From the NCBI GenBank assembly GCA_030704615.1, contig CM060731.1, positions 14,880,001 to 14,944,000 of the forward strand: DNA of 64,000 nt, in the 5' to 3' direction. Positions 24,906 to 36,789 of the stretch are shown in pieces. Within the stretch, counting starts at the first letter, position 1. Each line of letters starts with the position of its first letter. Source of the DNA: Takakia lepidozioides. Its lineage: Eukaryota > Plantae > Bryophyta. The notes under the pieces are model-generated. The model was not told the origin of the DNA. It worked only from the letters and a program-made list of their open reading frames with translations, and searched no databases. The translations under genes were made by a program, and so were the position numbers.

Positions 24906-25265
24906 TTGACAGATAGAGTTGAAACCACAAACAAATACTTATGAGTGAGTTCTGGAAGACCCAATGAGGCCTGTAGTAACAACATCAAACAGCTCATCGA
25001 GCACCACGAGATCTTCTTTGCAAGCTTCTGCGGCTGGACTCCTGGACTTCCCTGTCACAATGGACGAAATATGAATCGTCGGTCATCAAGGGCGAAGAGG
25101 TGGACTAGACGAACGACATAATCTATCTTCTTTACGTCCATACAGAAGAGTGAGGGTTTGGGGTTTACGGCCTCTCCTTCAGAACCTCTGTGTTGTGGCT
25201 CATCTTGTTATGGAGGCTTCAGTACCGTTGTCCTGATTCTAGAGTTGCAAGTGGGTGGGTTTTCG
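24906..25265. promoter_or_regulatory. Probable compact bidirectional promoter/5'UTR region between RAD4 and PDCD2
   Basis: Divergent ATGs at 24428 (-) and 25266 (+). A RAD4 5'UTR intron is suggested at ~24441-24905 (minus-strand GTAAG donor, CAG acceptor). Confidence 0.5.
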
Positions 25266-26663
25266 ATGGCGGAAGGGGACGTAAGGGATGGAGGTGGTGG
25301 ACTGGAGACAGAATTGTCAGATCTGCGTGTGGAGGATGGAGCTGCCTTGGGAGACATGGATTATGAGAGTGGAGAGGAATGCGAAAATGAGGATGTGTTG
25401 GTGGGACTGGGATTTGTGCAGGCAGTGGAGCAGCCATGGAAGATATCCCGCCATCACTTTCCAAGCAAGGTGGGTGGGACCCCGGCATGGCTGGACCCCG
25501 TCCATCTGCCCGAGGGAGATCGGATTCGCTGTGGGATTTGTGGGAATCCATTAGGGTTTCTGTTGCAGGTTTATGCGCCCATCGATGGCAATAAGGAGGC
25601 GTTTCATAGGAGTCTCTTTGTTTTTGTTTGTCCAAATATGGCATGCCTGCAGCAAGACCAGCACCATCAATGCAAACTGCCCTCCGCTAAGCCCTGCAGA
25701 AGTGTTAGGGTTTTCCGATCGCAGCTTCCTCGCAGCAATCCGTTCTACTCGTATGATCCCCCATTGTCCGATGGGCAGGATTCCCCCTCCTGCAAGGGCG
25801 CTCCTCTGTGCACCTGGTGTGGGACTTGGAAAGCTCACAGTCTTTGTGGAGGGTGTAAGAAGGTGCGCTACTGTTGCACTGGTCACCAACTTGATCATTG
25901 GCGGGCAGGGCATGCCAGATTCTGCCGTCAGGTTCAAGCTGCTTCAGATCCCGCAAAGGAGATATCTGTAGGAAATATTGCAGCTATGAATGAAGCTGTG
26001 GAATCTTCCAGAGAGTCAGATGCAACAGGTATTTGTCAAACAACGTCAGGACATGCTAAGGAGGGCCTAATTGAAAACCCTGCAGTACCAACAGCGGCTG
26101 GAATAACACTTGCTGCTAGCGACAAGTTATGGCCAGAAATGGAGCTTTTGGTTGATGAAGAAGACAATTACGAGGATGTTGCTGAGGACGGAAGCGAAGG
26201 TCCTCATAATCCTGTGAATAGGGCCGAGCAGTTGCTGGATGACTATGAGAGGAGGAGAAAGGAAGGCGAGGAGTTTTCTGCCAGGGATGTGCAAGACGTG
26301 GAGGAGGCATCTCGAGAGCAACAGCATTGGGCAGCTTTCCAAGCGCGGCTCGCCAGGGCGCCAGACCAAGTACTGCGGTATTGCAGGTCATCGGGCGCAA
26401 AGCCCATGTGGCCTTCATTGGAAGGCCAGCCAAAGAGTAGTGACATTCCTGCTTGTCCTCACTGTGGAGGTTCCCAGACATTTGAGCTGCAATTGCTGCC
26501 ACAGCTGCTCTATTTCTTGCAAGTTCAAAATGAGGCAGACTCGAATTCACTTGACTGGGCAACCATTGTGGTCTATTCATGTGCTGCATCATGTGACGAG
26601 GTAGCAGTGGGAAATGATACTTACATGGAAGAGTTTGCGTGGGTGCAGTTGGCTGTGACATGA
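25266..26663 (+). CDS. PDCD2: Programmed cell death protein 2 (PDCD2; zf-MYND + PDCD2_C), intronless
   Basis: FPSKVGGTPAWL, CGICGNPLGFLLQVYAP, MYND finger CTWC...CGGCKKVRYCCTGHQLDHW...H...C, and C-terminal QVLRY...CPHCG...FELQLLPQL...DWATIVVYSC. First ATG is at 25266. Confidence 0.93.
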   Translation: MAEGDVRDGGGGLETELSDLRVEDGAALGDMDYESGEECENEDVLVGLGFVQAVEQPWKISRHHFPSKVGGTPAWLDPVHLPEGDRIRCGICGNPLGFLLQVYAPIDGNKEAFHRSLFVFVCPNMACLQQDQHHQCKLPSAKPCRSVRVFRSQLPRSNPFYSYDPPLSDGQDSPSCKGAPLCTWCGTWKAHSLCGGCKKVRYCCTGHQLDHWRAGHARFCRQVQAASDPAKEISVGNIAAMNEAVESSRESDATGICQTTSGHAKEGLIENPAVPTAAGITLAASDKLWPEMELLVDEEDNYEDVAEDGSEGPHNPVNRAEQLLDDYERRRKEGEEFSARDVQDVEEASREQQHWAAFQARLARAPDQVLRYCRSSGAKPMWPSLEGQPKSSDIPACPHCGGSQTFELQLLPQLLYFLQVQNEADSNSLDWATIVVYSCAASCDEVAVGNDTYMEEFAWVQLAVT

Positions 26664-27499
26664 GATCAGTATGTATACGCCGGTTCAAGGTCTTTCTCTG
26701 TAACTCCGTGTTGTACCACCAATGCAGCTTGTTGCCACAGGCAAGTTTTGGCACACACAGCACGCCACAGTAAATATCAATCTACAAATGGGAGACATTG
26801 GTCGGGAGAGAGTTATAGGGGTTCCTATGGGAGATCTGATGATCTGGGAACTGTTTTATCTCTGTAGACCATTTTGTGAGAGTTGACTGTGCAAGTACGT
26901 TTTGTCCAAAGGGAGAATTTGCATAGGATCTGAAGTCTAGCCCTCCTGTTCTCCCATCTCTTTCAATCTCTCTCCCCTACTCTTTTTATGGCCTTGCGCA
27001 CACCTTTCATGAGGTGGCTTCCAAATCTGATTTTGTCGAATACTTGGTGATCAAATGAGCCAAGATTTCACAGTGAATTATCTGGAGTTCTAATCCAGTT
27101 TTTGTTGGAAGGTAGTTGAATCCCCAACTAATTATCAAGAATTTTTCACAGTTTGTAGTTTGCTCTGATTGGCTTGTGTAAAGGTCTTCTTTTAGGAGGA
27201 CAACTAAGCGACTCCCACGGAAGGTGCCTCCCTCAGCACTGTCAAGAGGAAACAATGCTCGTCACATTTTTGGTAGAATACTAATTCCTCCACTAAGAGG
27301 CTGTCCAACTGAACATAATGCTGAACAAATGGAGTTTCCTATGTGCTAAGCATGGGGCTAGCACCACAATACATCAATTAATGTATTGTGCCCAACACTC
27401 TCCATTTCTATAAACAATATGCATACTGTTCTTCACCCATCCTTTTTCCAACTCATGCAAGGCTTTTTGAACAAGTATGATTTGGAGCTATGGTCTGCA

Positions 27500-28900
27500 C
27501 CAATGTTGGGCTGGTATGTCCATTTTTTAATACCAGACTGGTCCTGGTATGAAGGGTCCCACCCCTTTTTCATACCAGGCTGGTATAGGTATCTATACAG
27601 GTATGAGCAACTTGGGTATGAATCTGGTATGAGTAGTTGTACTTTGGGCTGTATATGAGTATGGTACTGGTATTGCCCTTTCTCTGTAGTGATATTGGCA
27701 CTGGTATGGTATTTCTACAGCTCACCATACATAGAAATAAATGTCATTTAGCACAAAGCTAATTTTAATCCAAGCCCTGAAACACTAGGCAAAGGTAACC
27801 TAAAGTAGCACGAAACAGCAAATGAAGTCTAAATTGCAACGTGGAGCCTTGAATTAACCAAATTATAGTACAGGGTATAACTAGCTGCACTAACATATAC
27901 TCATACCTACCTCCAATCGCCATGAACTCACCGCAATACTGGTATCGGGACCATGCTATTCCTCCATATACCCAGACTGGTATGGTATGTGTGGGGGGAA
28001 TCCTAAAGCCATACTCCCCCAGTACGTGTATCACATGGGTACATTGGTTCTTTCATACCCGACTGGTATGTTCTTCAATATATATATTCATACCTGTATT
28101 CCACACCTAGGTTCAACCAGGTATACCAGTCCAACACTGGTCTGCACCAGTGTTGTACTGGTATGTGCCAGTAGGCCGGGGTATGTGCACTAGTATGAGT
28201 AAGGGTATTGTAGAACATACCAATTGGGTATGTCTTGGGGCATATACCCCTGCTATACCATGGACCTGGGTTTTGAACACTGGACCTACCCCCCTACCTA
28301 CCATACCAGTCTAAGTATGAACTACTTTCATACTGAGCTTGAGACCCGTATTGAGGATTGATGAACCCAAGCTAGCCTGGGTGTGTGTAATGATACAATC
28401 GGGGTAGAAGGTATGGCGTACAATGATCAGCATACAAGGTACAATATGCACGATTTCTTTAGTTTTTGTCATGGCATCGAGCTTTTTTCCCATTTGTTAC
28501 AATCCAGCCTTACAATACAAAGACCTTCACTAATTTATGAGCAATACAAATTAGTTTGCATGGGCATGTGTGATTGCAATTTTTTTTTACCTTTTGTATG
28601 TTGCCCTCAATCTAGTTTTAATTTCAGCTTTGAATATAATATGATGATTGTTAGGGTATACCATATCATTGCACATGTTCCCCCCATATGTCATTTGAAT
28701 TTTTGCCATACCCATGCCTGGGACCAGGGTATCTCAAAATTGGAAATACCCATACCCATCCTATAACCTACCTGGCCAGTCCTAATCTACCCCAGGCCCT
28801 ATGAGTTGGACCCAAAAGCCAAGTTGGACCTACCCGTACCAGTCTGGTATGTCAAAATGGACATACTCTATAACACTGGTATGTACATGCCCCTCAATGG
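27500..28900. mobile_element. Non-autonomous DNA-transposon-like repeat rich in GGTAT/ATACC motifs
   Basis: Dense GGTATG/CATACC/ACTGG motifs. Segment 27700-28130 recurs at 33455-33870. GTTTTGAACACTG at ~28270 looks like a TIR end. Confidence 0.55.
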
Positions 28901-29399
28901 TACTATCAGCCCTTGAGGACATACAACATTAGGAGTGGTGTCAAAGATTTGGGCAACTAGCCTTGGTGTACGACTGGTTGGACCAATCATGGGGAGTGGT
29001 TCCTCCCATACAAGCTCACAACCAGAAGAGAATTCTGCCCATTGCCACCAGGCTTGGGCTTCTGAAAATGCCAATCTTGATTTAGGCACTTAAGTATCTT
29101 TTGAAAAACTTCAATATGCACAAGGTCAGGCTCATCTCTAGCTTATGAGAGCTCAAATCGTGTGGTTGTTTGGGCCGCTCTCTCTCTACAATTCAGCCTT
29201 ACAAAGTGCTCATCTAGATTCACTTTTAGAGTACAATAATTCACCTTGCTCCAGATAGGCATTCGTTGCTTGAGTGAAATGTTTGTTGTGTAACATTGAG
29301 AGCGAGAGAGAGAGTTGACCCCAATCGAAGTAGGTGTAGCTGAGAGCCTCTTTCATTTCCCCATTCTACTCTAAAACATGCATTGTGCGGTTATCTGTT

Positions 29400-29960
29400 T
29401 TTTTCTTTTTCTATTTTACAATGTCATATTATCTATAGAAGTGATTAAAATTCTTTGAGATATACTCCCCATTGCCATCACACCAAATTGCTTTGATACT
29501 TTCTTCAGTTTAATTCTACACTACTGCTTCAAATGCCTTTAAACATCTCAAACTTGTTTTGCATTGTGTAAAAATATTTTCTTTGAAAAATCATCAATGA
29601 AGGTAAAAAATACTTCACTTTTCCATATGACAGCTTTTCCAGGTGATCTAAGAATGTATAGATCATTATATACCAATTCAAAAACCTTCTTTCTTTGAGG
29701 ACCTCCATCTTTTGGAAATAAATTGTGGTGGTATTTAGCATACACACATTTGGGACACTCACTAGATAGCCAAGTTGTTAGGGCATAATTCCATTTCGTA
29801 GTAACCACTCTTGGGTGTCTTTCTTCCTATCAAAAAACAGTAGCCCTTTGGGATCAAATAACGCCATAAGTTACGCTTGCTTTGACAAGAGTCCACATTT
29901 GCCCAATCTCTAATAAGATCCATGTCTTCAACAATTGTAGTGGTTGACATAAATGTCAAT
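29400..29960 (-). mobile_element. Ty1/Copia integrase remnant
   Basis: CPKCVYAK, FELVYNDL, SYGKVKYFLTFIDDFSKKIF, and an eroded GNGEY-like rve core, with frameshifts. Confidence 0.8.
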
Positions 29961-30650
29961 CTGTGCACTGAGACAAAATATTTGATGCCACATGTGACAC
30001 GTATTGAGAGTCATATCACAGTCTACAATCACAGCTTGAAAAGCTCCAACCAACTTATATAATCTCGCATCTCAACTATCTCAACTATCATTTCATTCGA
30101 ATTGTTGATCTTCAATCAACAACTATTGGTACACAAATTCAATCTTAACTTATATCCTATTCAGTTAGTTGACTAACGGACAAAAGAATATTTCTCAATT
30201 TTGAAAAATACAAAATATTTTTAATGTCTTTCGACACTATAGCTGGTAATTGAAACACATTATACCTTCTCAGCCGTAAACATCGATGCTAGTATTGGTG
30301 TTTCCTAGATATATTTTTTGACCCAAAGAGAATTATTTGAAGGTTGAGAATACTTCATTTCGAAAGATGTATGTTGAGATGCTCCTCAATCAACAAAACC
30401 CGAATTCAAAGACCTCAAGAACGAATACAAATATCTCAAAAACGAATACAAGACCTCAAGAACGAATTCAAAGAGACGGTGGGCGGCCTCAAGGATGATC
30501 TCCGCAAGGTGTCCAACAAGAAAATAAATCTACATGAAGATGAGGTCGTTATTTTTAAGGTATCTGTTTTTGTACATACTTGACAATTCCACGGACATTC
30601 TATTTGCGGATTGTTTTCAAATACGAAGTTGTGATTACACTACATGTGAG

Positions 30651-30976
30651 GGATAATGAAACACACCAGTTGGAGGTGAGAGATGGTCCATCACACTTTG
30701 ACACACAGATGGTATGAATCCAACCCGACATCCCACAACTCGTAAAATAGACGTAGGTCGAGAAGACTCCGGCCGCAACGGGCATACCGGATGCGTGGCT
30801 TGTGAAGCCCCATTTCAAGCCTTGATGAAGTTTAAACTTGAAAACATATGAGAAGAGAGATAATGAAATACACTAGTTGGAGGTGAGAGATGGTCCATCA
30901 CACTTTGACACACCGATGGTATGAATCCAACCCGACATCCCACAACTCATAAAATAGACGCAGATCAAGAAGACTG
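30651..30976. repeat. Direct duplication of ~120 bp
   Basis: 30651-30769 vs 30858-30976 (GTTGGAGGTGAGAGATGGTCCATCACACTTTGACACAC...). Confidence 0.9.
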
Positions 30977-31189
30977 CAACACCAAATGTGCATGATTTGA
31001 TGACACCAAATCATGTACATCCTCATCTGCATGCTGCATCCTTGATCTGAGCCTTCTTCCACAACACATTCCTTAGCATGTCAATCAATGCCTATGAGAA
31101 TCGCCATCCTGTTCTTAGTATGGAGAGCTCTCGTAACTTTTTGGTAATTTGATGTCCACTCTTTCAATATTCACAACAAGGTATTCTAT

Positions 31190-31593
31190 CTCGACTCGGC
31201 TCTGGATTATATGTAGATGTTTGTCGAGCTTTGGATCTAGAACTCCACCAAGTGGTGGCTATCAAGAGGGTGGAGGATGTGTTCAGCTGTACACAAATGA
31301 CCAAACAAGAGTTGAGCAAGGTTTGTATCCTCCAACATTTGGCCCATTCCAACATTATATCTTTCAAGAAGGTGTTCAGTGTGCACACAATGGGGTGCAC
31401 CAACCTCTATATGGTTACTGAATTCGCAGAAGAGAGAGACCTTGCTGATCGTCTAGCTAATCAGCTTGAGCCTATGCCAGCATCTAATTTACAATCTATC
31501 ATCAAAGAGGTACTTCAAGCCGTTCAGTACTTTGGAGGGATTCAAATGTTCGATCCACAATTGATGGGGGTTGACTATATAAGAATGTTGTAA
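31190..31593 (+). pseudogene. Intronless N-lobe fragment of a MAPK/CMGC-like protein kinase
   Basis: RLGSGLYVDVCRALDLELHQVVAIKRVEDVF...LQHLAHSNII...NLYMVTEF; truncated before the HRD motif. Confidence 0.75.
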
Positions 31594-31689
31594 AAAATTG
31601 TATTTGAAAAAATTGAAAGTGCATATGAGTATTTGTTGTTGGTGTAGCATCAAATAATTATCATGATATCTTTTTCTTCTAGTGATCAT

Positions 31690-32520
31690 ACTCAAATCGA
31701 GATATTGTTCGATGGCCACAGTTCCATATGTATAAAATTAAGATTGGAGTTCATTCTCCATGAGAAAGATTTGCGGGAGATAATTTAAATTTGAAAGGAA
31801 GTTGTTGCACATGTTGAACAACTTGAAGATGAAGAGATCATGAGTATAAGTGCTCTCCTGAGTACGACAACTGAACTAGAAAGCTAAATTGGCAAAAACT
31901 ATGTTGTTGAATGTCGTTGATTCATTTGCTTCATCAAGTGGTACATGCCCAATTTACAAAAGAGGCATGAACAAATCTTTGTTCCAATTATGAGAGGAAC
32001 CATGTTGTCAATCAACTTTATCCCACCCGAGGGTTGAGCAACTTGAAAAGGGAATTAGAAATGAGTTGGTGAACAAGTCTACATTGATAAACTTAAAACT
32101 ACTGCTATTTATTAGATCTACATAAGTCATCACGTTTTAGATGAAGATTTGACAGTTATTGTTTATGGCAGTTTATCACCTTCATTTTAGATAATATATC
32201 TTGGTACCCAAAATAATGATCTGACTATGGACTTAGCGACATGATTATTGTTGCAAAAATGGATGCATTGCCAATAAGAAGAACACATTTATGGCATAAG
32301 TTAGGCTGTAATGACATCGAATATCAAGAAATTCTCACGTTTTAAAATCTCTGCAAACAACTAAGTAAATTACACAAAAAGAGACTATTTTTTATAAAAA
32401 AATGTGGATCTTGTTTTTTTTTGTAGCATCAAAGGTCATTGTGCAGTCGACTACTTCAAGAAAAAGAAAGATGAGCTTCTTGTTATAACATTAGTTGATT
32501 GGACATCCACGTTCATACTA
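31690..32520 (+). mobile_element. Ty1/Copia gag remnant
   Basis: LFDG...KLRLEFILHEKDL.EII (gag N-terminus), DEDLTVIV...LSPSF (UBN2-like), and an eroded CCHC knuckle at ~32410-32460; many stops. Confidence 0.6.
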
Positions 32521-32744
32521 TAGAAGATGTTGAGGAAAAAAAACAGTTAGAAATTGAGGTTAACATAATTCATCGTGTTCATTACTATCGATTTTAGGAA
32601 GCTTTATCCATAGTGCAACTACACTTGGAACAACATCCAAAAGATGTAACCATGCTAACGATGAGCTTATTTCTTTGGATTTCAATGGCATGCATGTTCA
32701 AAATCACCACCAAAGAACGTTAGATTCTGATTTCGATTCCATCT

Positions 32745-32788
<44 letters not shown>
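32745..32788. repeat. (TA)n(TG)n microsatellite
   Basis: Direct read. Confidence 0.95.
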
Positions 32789-32790
<2 letters not shown>

Positions 32791-33454
32791 GGGAGACGTT
32801 TGTACGTTTGTTTGTAGCGTTGAGATGTCCCAAACCGCAAGGATACATAGGAGATTGCACTTGGACTTAGATGACACTGGAGATTTGGGCCAATGGCACA
32901 GGCTACCCTAGTAGAACTTAAGTGTCGTGCACCTAAGCATCATGCCACAACATACATCGCTGTCCACCATACATTCTAAGCACACAATCCTAGAAAACTA
33001 TCCCACAATGATAATGAAAGTGAACACAATGAAAACACTCACTCATGAATCCACTCAATCACATAAACTAAGTCAAACCAATGGCACCTTTGCTAAAGGA
33101 ATCCATCCTACAAAGCCCTCACCACATTCCCACTCAATACCTAGAGCTATGGAGGTGAGAGAGGCTCATGGAGGCTCAACTACAAGAAGATGAGCCCTCC
33201 TCCACATTCACAAGGGAAAACCCATCCCCATGTCTCAAGTGAGGTTTGACACCTTCCCTAGCATGTGAGACCAATGAAGTCCCAACTAGGTAATTCTAAT
33301 TAACCATGACTAAAACCATGACATAAGAAACGTGGGAGCAATAGCTCGAGTATATTGCACATGAATAAAGTAAGAGAGGTCTGGAAATGCATTAAGGGAA
33401 TTACTAATATTTAAAAAAAACTAGTATCGACTTTTTTTTTTAGTGGTACCCTGC

Positions 33455-33870
33455 ACTGGTATGATATTTCCACTGCTCACCATACATAGACATAAATATC
33501 GTTAAGCACACACATCAAATTGTAATCTAAATTATGAAACACTAGGCAAAGGCAACCCAAAGATGCCTGAAACAACGGTGAAAGGCAAACGAAGTAATTG
33601 CAACCAGGAGCCTTGAATTAACAAACTGGTAGTAGTGATTGCTGCACTAACATATACTCATACCTAGCTCCACCAAGAACCCACTGCAATACTGGTATTG
33701 GGACCTTGCTACCCCCCGCAGACTGGTTTGGTATGTGTGGGTGAAACCTTGTAAGAAATACTTCCCCTGAGTACACGTGTATCACCTGAGTACATTGGTT
33801 CATTCATACCCCAGTGGTATGTTTGTACTCACACCTGTATTCCCTATCTAGGTTCAACCAGGTGTACCGG
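33455..33870. repeat. Second copy of the 27700-28130 dispersed repeat
   Basis: CTGGTATG.TATTTC.AC.GCTCACCATACATAGA... and ACTAACATATACTCATACCTA are shared with ~27700-28130. Confidence 0.8.
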
Positions 33871-34886
33871 TCCAAGCATCAACAGACCTCTTTTCATGAT
33901 CAGCAAAAACACAGTTCAGTAAAAAGATCCCTGTTACTGGCCGGTGTCCCCTTTCTCAGCCTCCATGTCCTCTCATGTGAGGTTATTTTTTCCTCATTAT
34001 CAATACATTTGGCCTCTCTGGAGCCTTCAATCAAAAAAAGAAATAAAAAAGAAAAAAATCTAGACCTTCTCTAGTGCTCCCTCTACCTAACTTAGCCTTC
34101 AGCTTGCTCTCCAAGGCAAGAAAGTCAAGGACTCTACTCCGTTAATAGCACTGCTGCAGCAGCTAGCAAGGCATGGCTCTGCTTTTGAGATCCTAGGTAG
34201 GTGGTCCCAGGGCTGCGAGCAGGTAGCTGCTGAGACCTCGGCATAAGCACACTTGGGTCGAAGCGATTGCAACAAAAAACAAACAAGGGTAGCAGGATCG
34301 CGGAAGATGGTAGTAGAGACCAGGACAGTGCAAGGAGGTTGAAGAAATGGTCAGAGCGCTTTTTCGTTGAAATTGAGTGTCTACTGTCAGTGTCGGTACG
34401 ATGGACACCATTGGATGTATGTTGATAAACTTGGGCGATACGGAGTACTGCTGTAACGGAGCATCCCACTCCCTGCCTCTCCAGCTTCCACTTCGAGAGC
34501 GAGGGAGAGATCCCACCTAGCTCAGATACCGACCCACAGACAAATATATGTCTTTCATCATCTTTCATCACTTATCCTAGTATGCTGCCGATAGAGAGAA
34601 ACGTGTCTGAGAGAGAGAACGCGGGTAGCCACTCTTTGCCCGCGCATATTGGAGGAAAGAGTGACCGCGTGCCAGAAGAAGAGTCGGTATAAGAAGTACC
34701 CCTGGAGACCTGAAAACCCATTTTGAGGAAGAGAATACCTGGGTGTCTTGCGGAACTAACGACAATTGTGACTGAAAAGGGAATTGCAGAGTTCTGCATT
34801 GACTAGAGAGATTGACAACACATAGAGAAGGTCGTGATCCGGGGGAAGAAGCAAAGCTAACTCAAGACGGGAAGTATATACATTAA

Positions 34887-35771
34887 TTGGCTCAGAAGGA
34901 CTGGTATCGGGTGCTTGTGAGTACCTGGGATCAGTGTAGGCGACCGAGACAGAGAATGATGGATCGAGAGTTGCAAATTCAAATGGAATTTGTTGTCTGG
35001 CTGCAGGCACATCCCGAGGCTACAGGGGCAGGACGTTCTCTGCGTGAGCCGTGGCTCTTGGTTGTAGACACGAATGCGCTCATAAAAATGGGACTAGGAG
35101 GACTAACATGGTTTCTGGACTTCCCTTCAAGGAACAGGCAAAACGATCATCTTCCTCAAGATGGTAGAGCCCGGATCGCATTCAAGACTGAAGTTATGGG
35201 TCCTGACAACAATCACCCCATTGAAGTACCCTCAAATGGGATTTCCTTATTGCCTCAAAGCTGCATCACAGATTTCTTGAACCAGTTGCTTGAACCAGTA
35301 CTGCACATTCGGAAACGACATGACGATGGTGCATCCGCAACAGGAAACCCTGTTCCGATGGATATTAATAAACCGAGTAACAGTCGGCGGACCAAGGATC
35401 AGATTTTGGTAGAGGCATCTCAGCTTCTGGGTCCGCACGTTGTCTTACTAGTTGAACACTTGAGGGGTGAGAGGATCTTGCCGGAGGTTCTAGACTCGAT
35501 GAATGAATTTGCAATGCGGTTTTGCTCATACCGCCAGATGCTGGAAGCCTGTGACCATGACATTGCGGAAACTCCTGCAGCAGTTACAGAGGAAGATGAG
35601 GGTTATTACAGGTTAGATCGACCAGTGGAATATACAAAGTGGATCGAAGCCGAGGCTGCAAGGGCGGCCGCAGCATGCAACATTGCTAGGAGCACGATGG
35701 CCGACGTTGCTGTTTCACTGGCGTCCAATCTAGCAGACATGCTGCTAGAATTTCAGGTAATAAATTCTTGA
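34887..35771 (+). CDS. Uncharacterised intronless ORF (294 aa from TTG; first ATG ~34956), possibly a pseudogene, with a PIN-like LVVDTNALI motif
   Basis: Long open frame. The same frame is broken by stops further upstream. Confidence 0.45.
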   Translation: MAQKDWYRVLVSTWDQCRRPRQRMMDRELQIQMEFVVWLQAHPEATGAGRSLREPWLLVVDTNALIKMGLGGLTWFLDFPSRNRQNDHLPQDGRARIAFKTEVMGPDNNHPIEVPSNGISLLPQSCITDFLNQLLEPVLHIRKRHDDGASATGNPVPMDINKPSNSRRTKDQILVEASQLLGPHVVLLVEHLRGERILPEVLDSMNEFAMRFCSYRQMLEACDHDIAETPAAVTEEDEGYYRLDRPVEYTKWIEAEAARAAAACNIARSTMADVAVSLASNLADMLLEFQVINS

Positions 35772-36129
35772 GCAGGCCTTTGAATCGTTGTTCAAATGTT
35801 GGAATCGCTACGAGGGCCAAGTCTTCTATCATATATCACGAGAACTTACAGCATCAATTGCTAACCAGGGTGCTCTTCTTTCAATCTAGATAGGGAGCTC
35901 GTTCGCAGATACCTTGTCAAGGTTACAGTCTAAATAAACAATAATTCGAGCATTGTGGCTAGCAGTGCTGCTGAATCTGTAGTTCGCAAAGTATAAACTT
36001 AATTAGATCGTACCAACTTTGATCAATAGAAGAAAATCTTAGTCTCGCGCTCTATTAAGAGAATCTCTAGATATCGAAAATCAACAAGATTGGAGATGCA
36101 ACACCGGGGTGGCAGCAGATGGACGTGGA

Positions 36130-36560
36130 GGAGCCTCACCCCCTCCCGTATCATATTCTCATAGATCTCAAAAGCCTCCATACGACCTGATCCATGCTTG
36201 TTAAATCCTGTCATCATTTTAGTAAGTACACATCTCGTTCTGGCATTTTGTCAAACACTTGGCGGGCATCCACCACCTTCCCGCACTTGGAGTACATGTT
36301 GACAAGGGTGTTGAGTAGAAAGTTGTTCGGCTCGAATCCAGTTTGGAGGATGTGAGCATGCACCTGCTTTCCCGATCCCAAGTCTTTAAACGTGCAGGAG
36401 AGAGACATAAGTATTGGAGTCTGCCGAAATGCCTTGTTGATGCAAAACATGCAGCGCCTCTTCTACTTTTCCTGCCTTACATAGTGTCTTCACATTCCCA
36501 CATATACCAGAAGAGGTTTCATTGACCGTTTCATGGTCACTATCACTTGCGTCTAAATGC
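36130..36560 (-). pseudogene. PLS-class PPR pseudogene fragment
   Basis: LCKAGKVEEALHVL..GISADSNTYVSLL (frameshift) GKQVHAHILQTGFEPNNFLLNTLVNMYSKCGKVVDARQVFDKMPERDV. Confidence 0.85.
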
Positions 36561-36789
36561 TTGCGCCAGCCTAGGATCGTGGAAAGGGGCAAAAGAGTCC
36601 ATGCAAACATCAGCAAAGTGGACATGTCCCAGATATCATTTTTCGGATGTCACTTAAGGTCTGTATTCCTGCACGGGAAAACTACCTAAGTAGCCTTTGA
36701 AAAGGAAATTTCTGAAGTCCTGACAAAGATGCAGGTAGCTCCACTGATCTGAAGTCACTTCTTGTTGTCCCCCGCAGCTGTGGGAGTGG

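Noticed and set aside
25158-25265. N-terminal extension of PDCD2 in the ORF track
   Set aside because: It begins at TTG; the first ATG at 25266 fits the family better.
30600-30830. Possible CACTA transposase fragment (LFYELWDVG on the minus strand)
   Set aside because: Only a few residues match and there are no flanking motifs.
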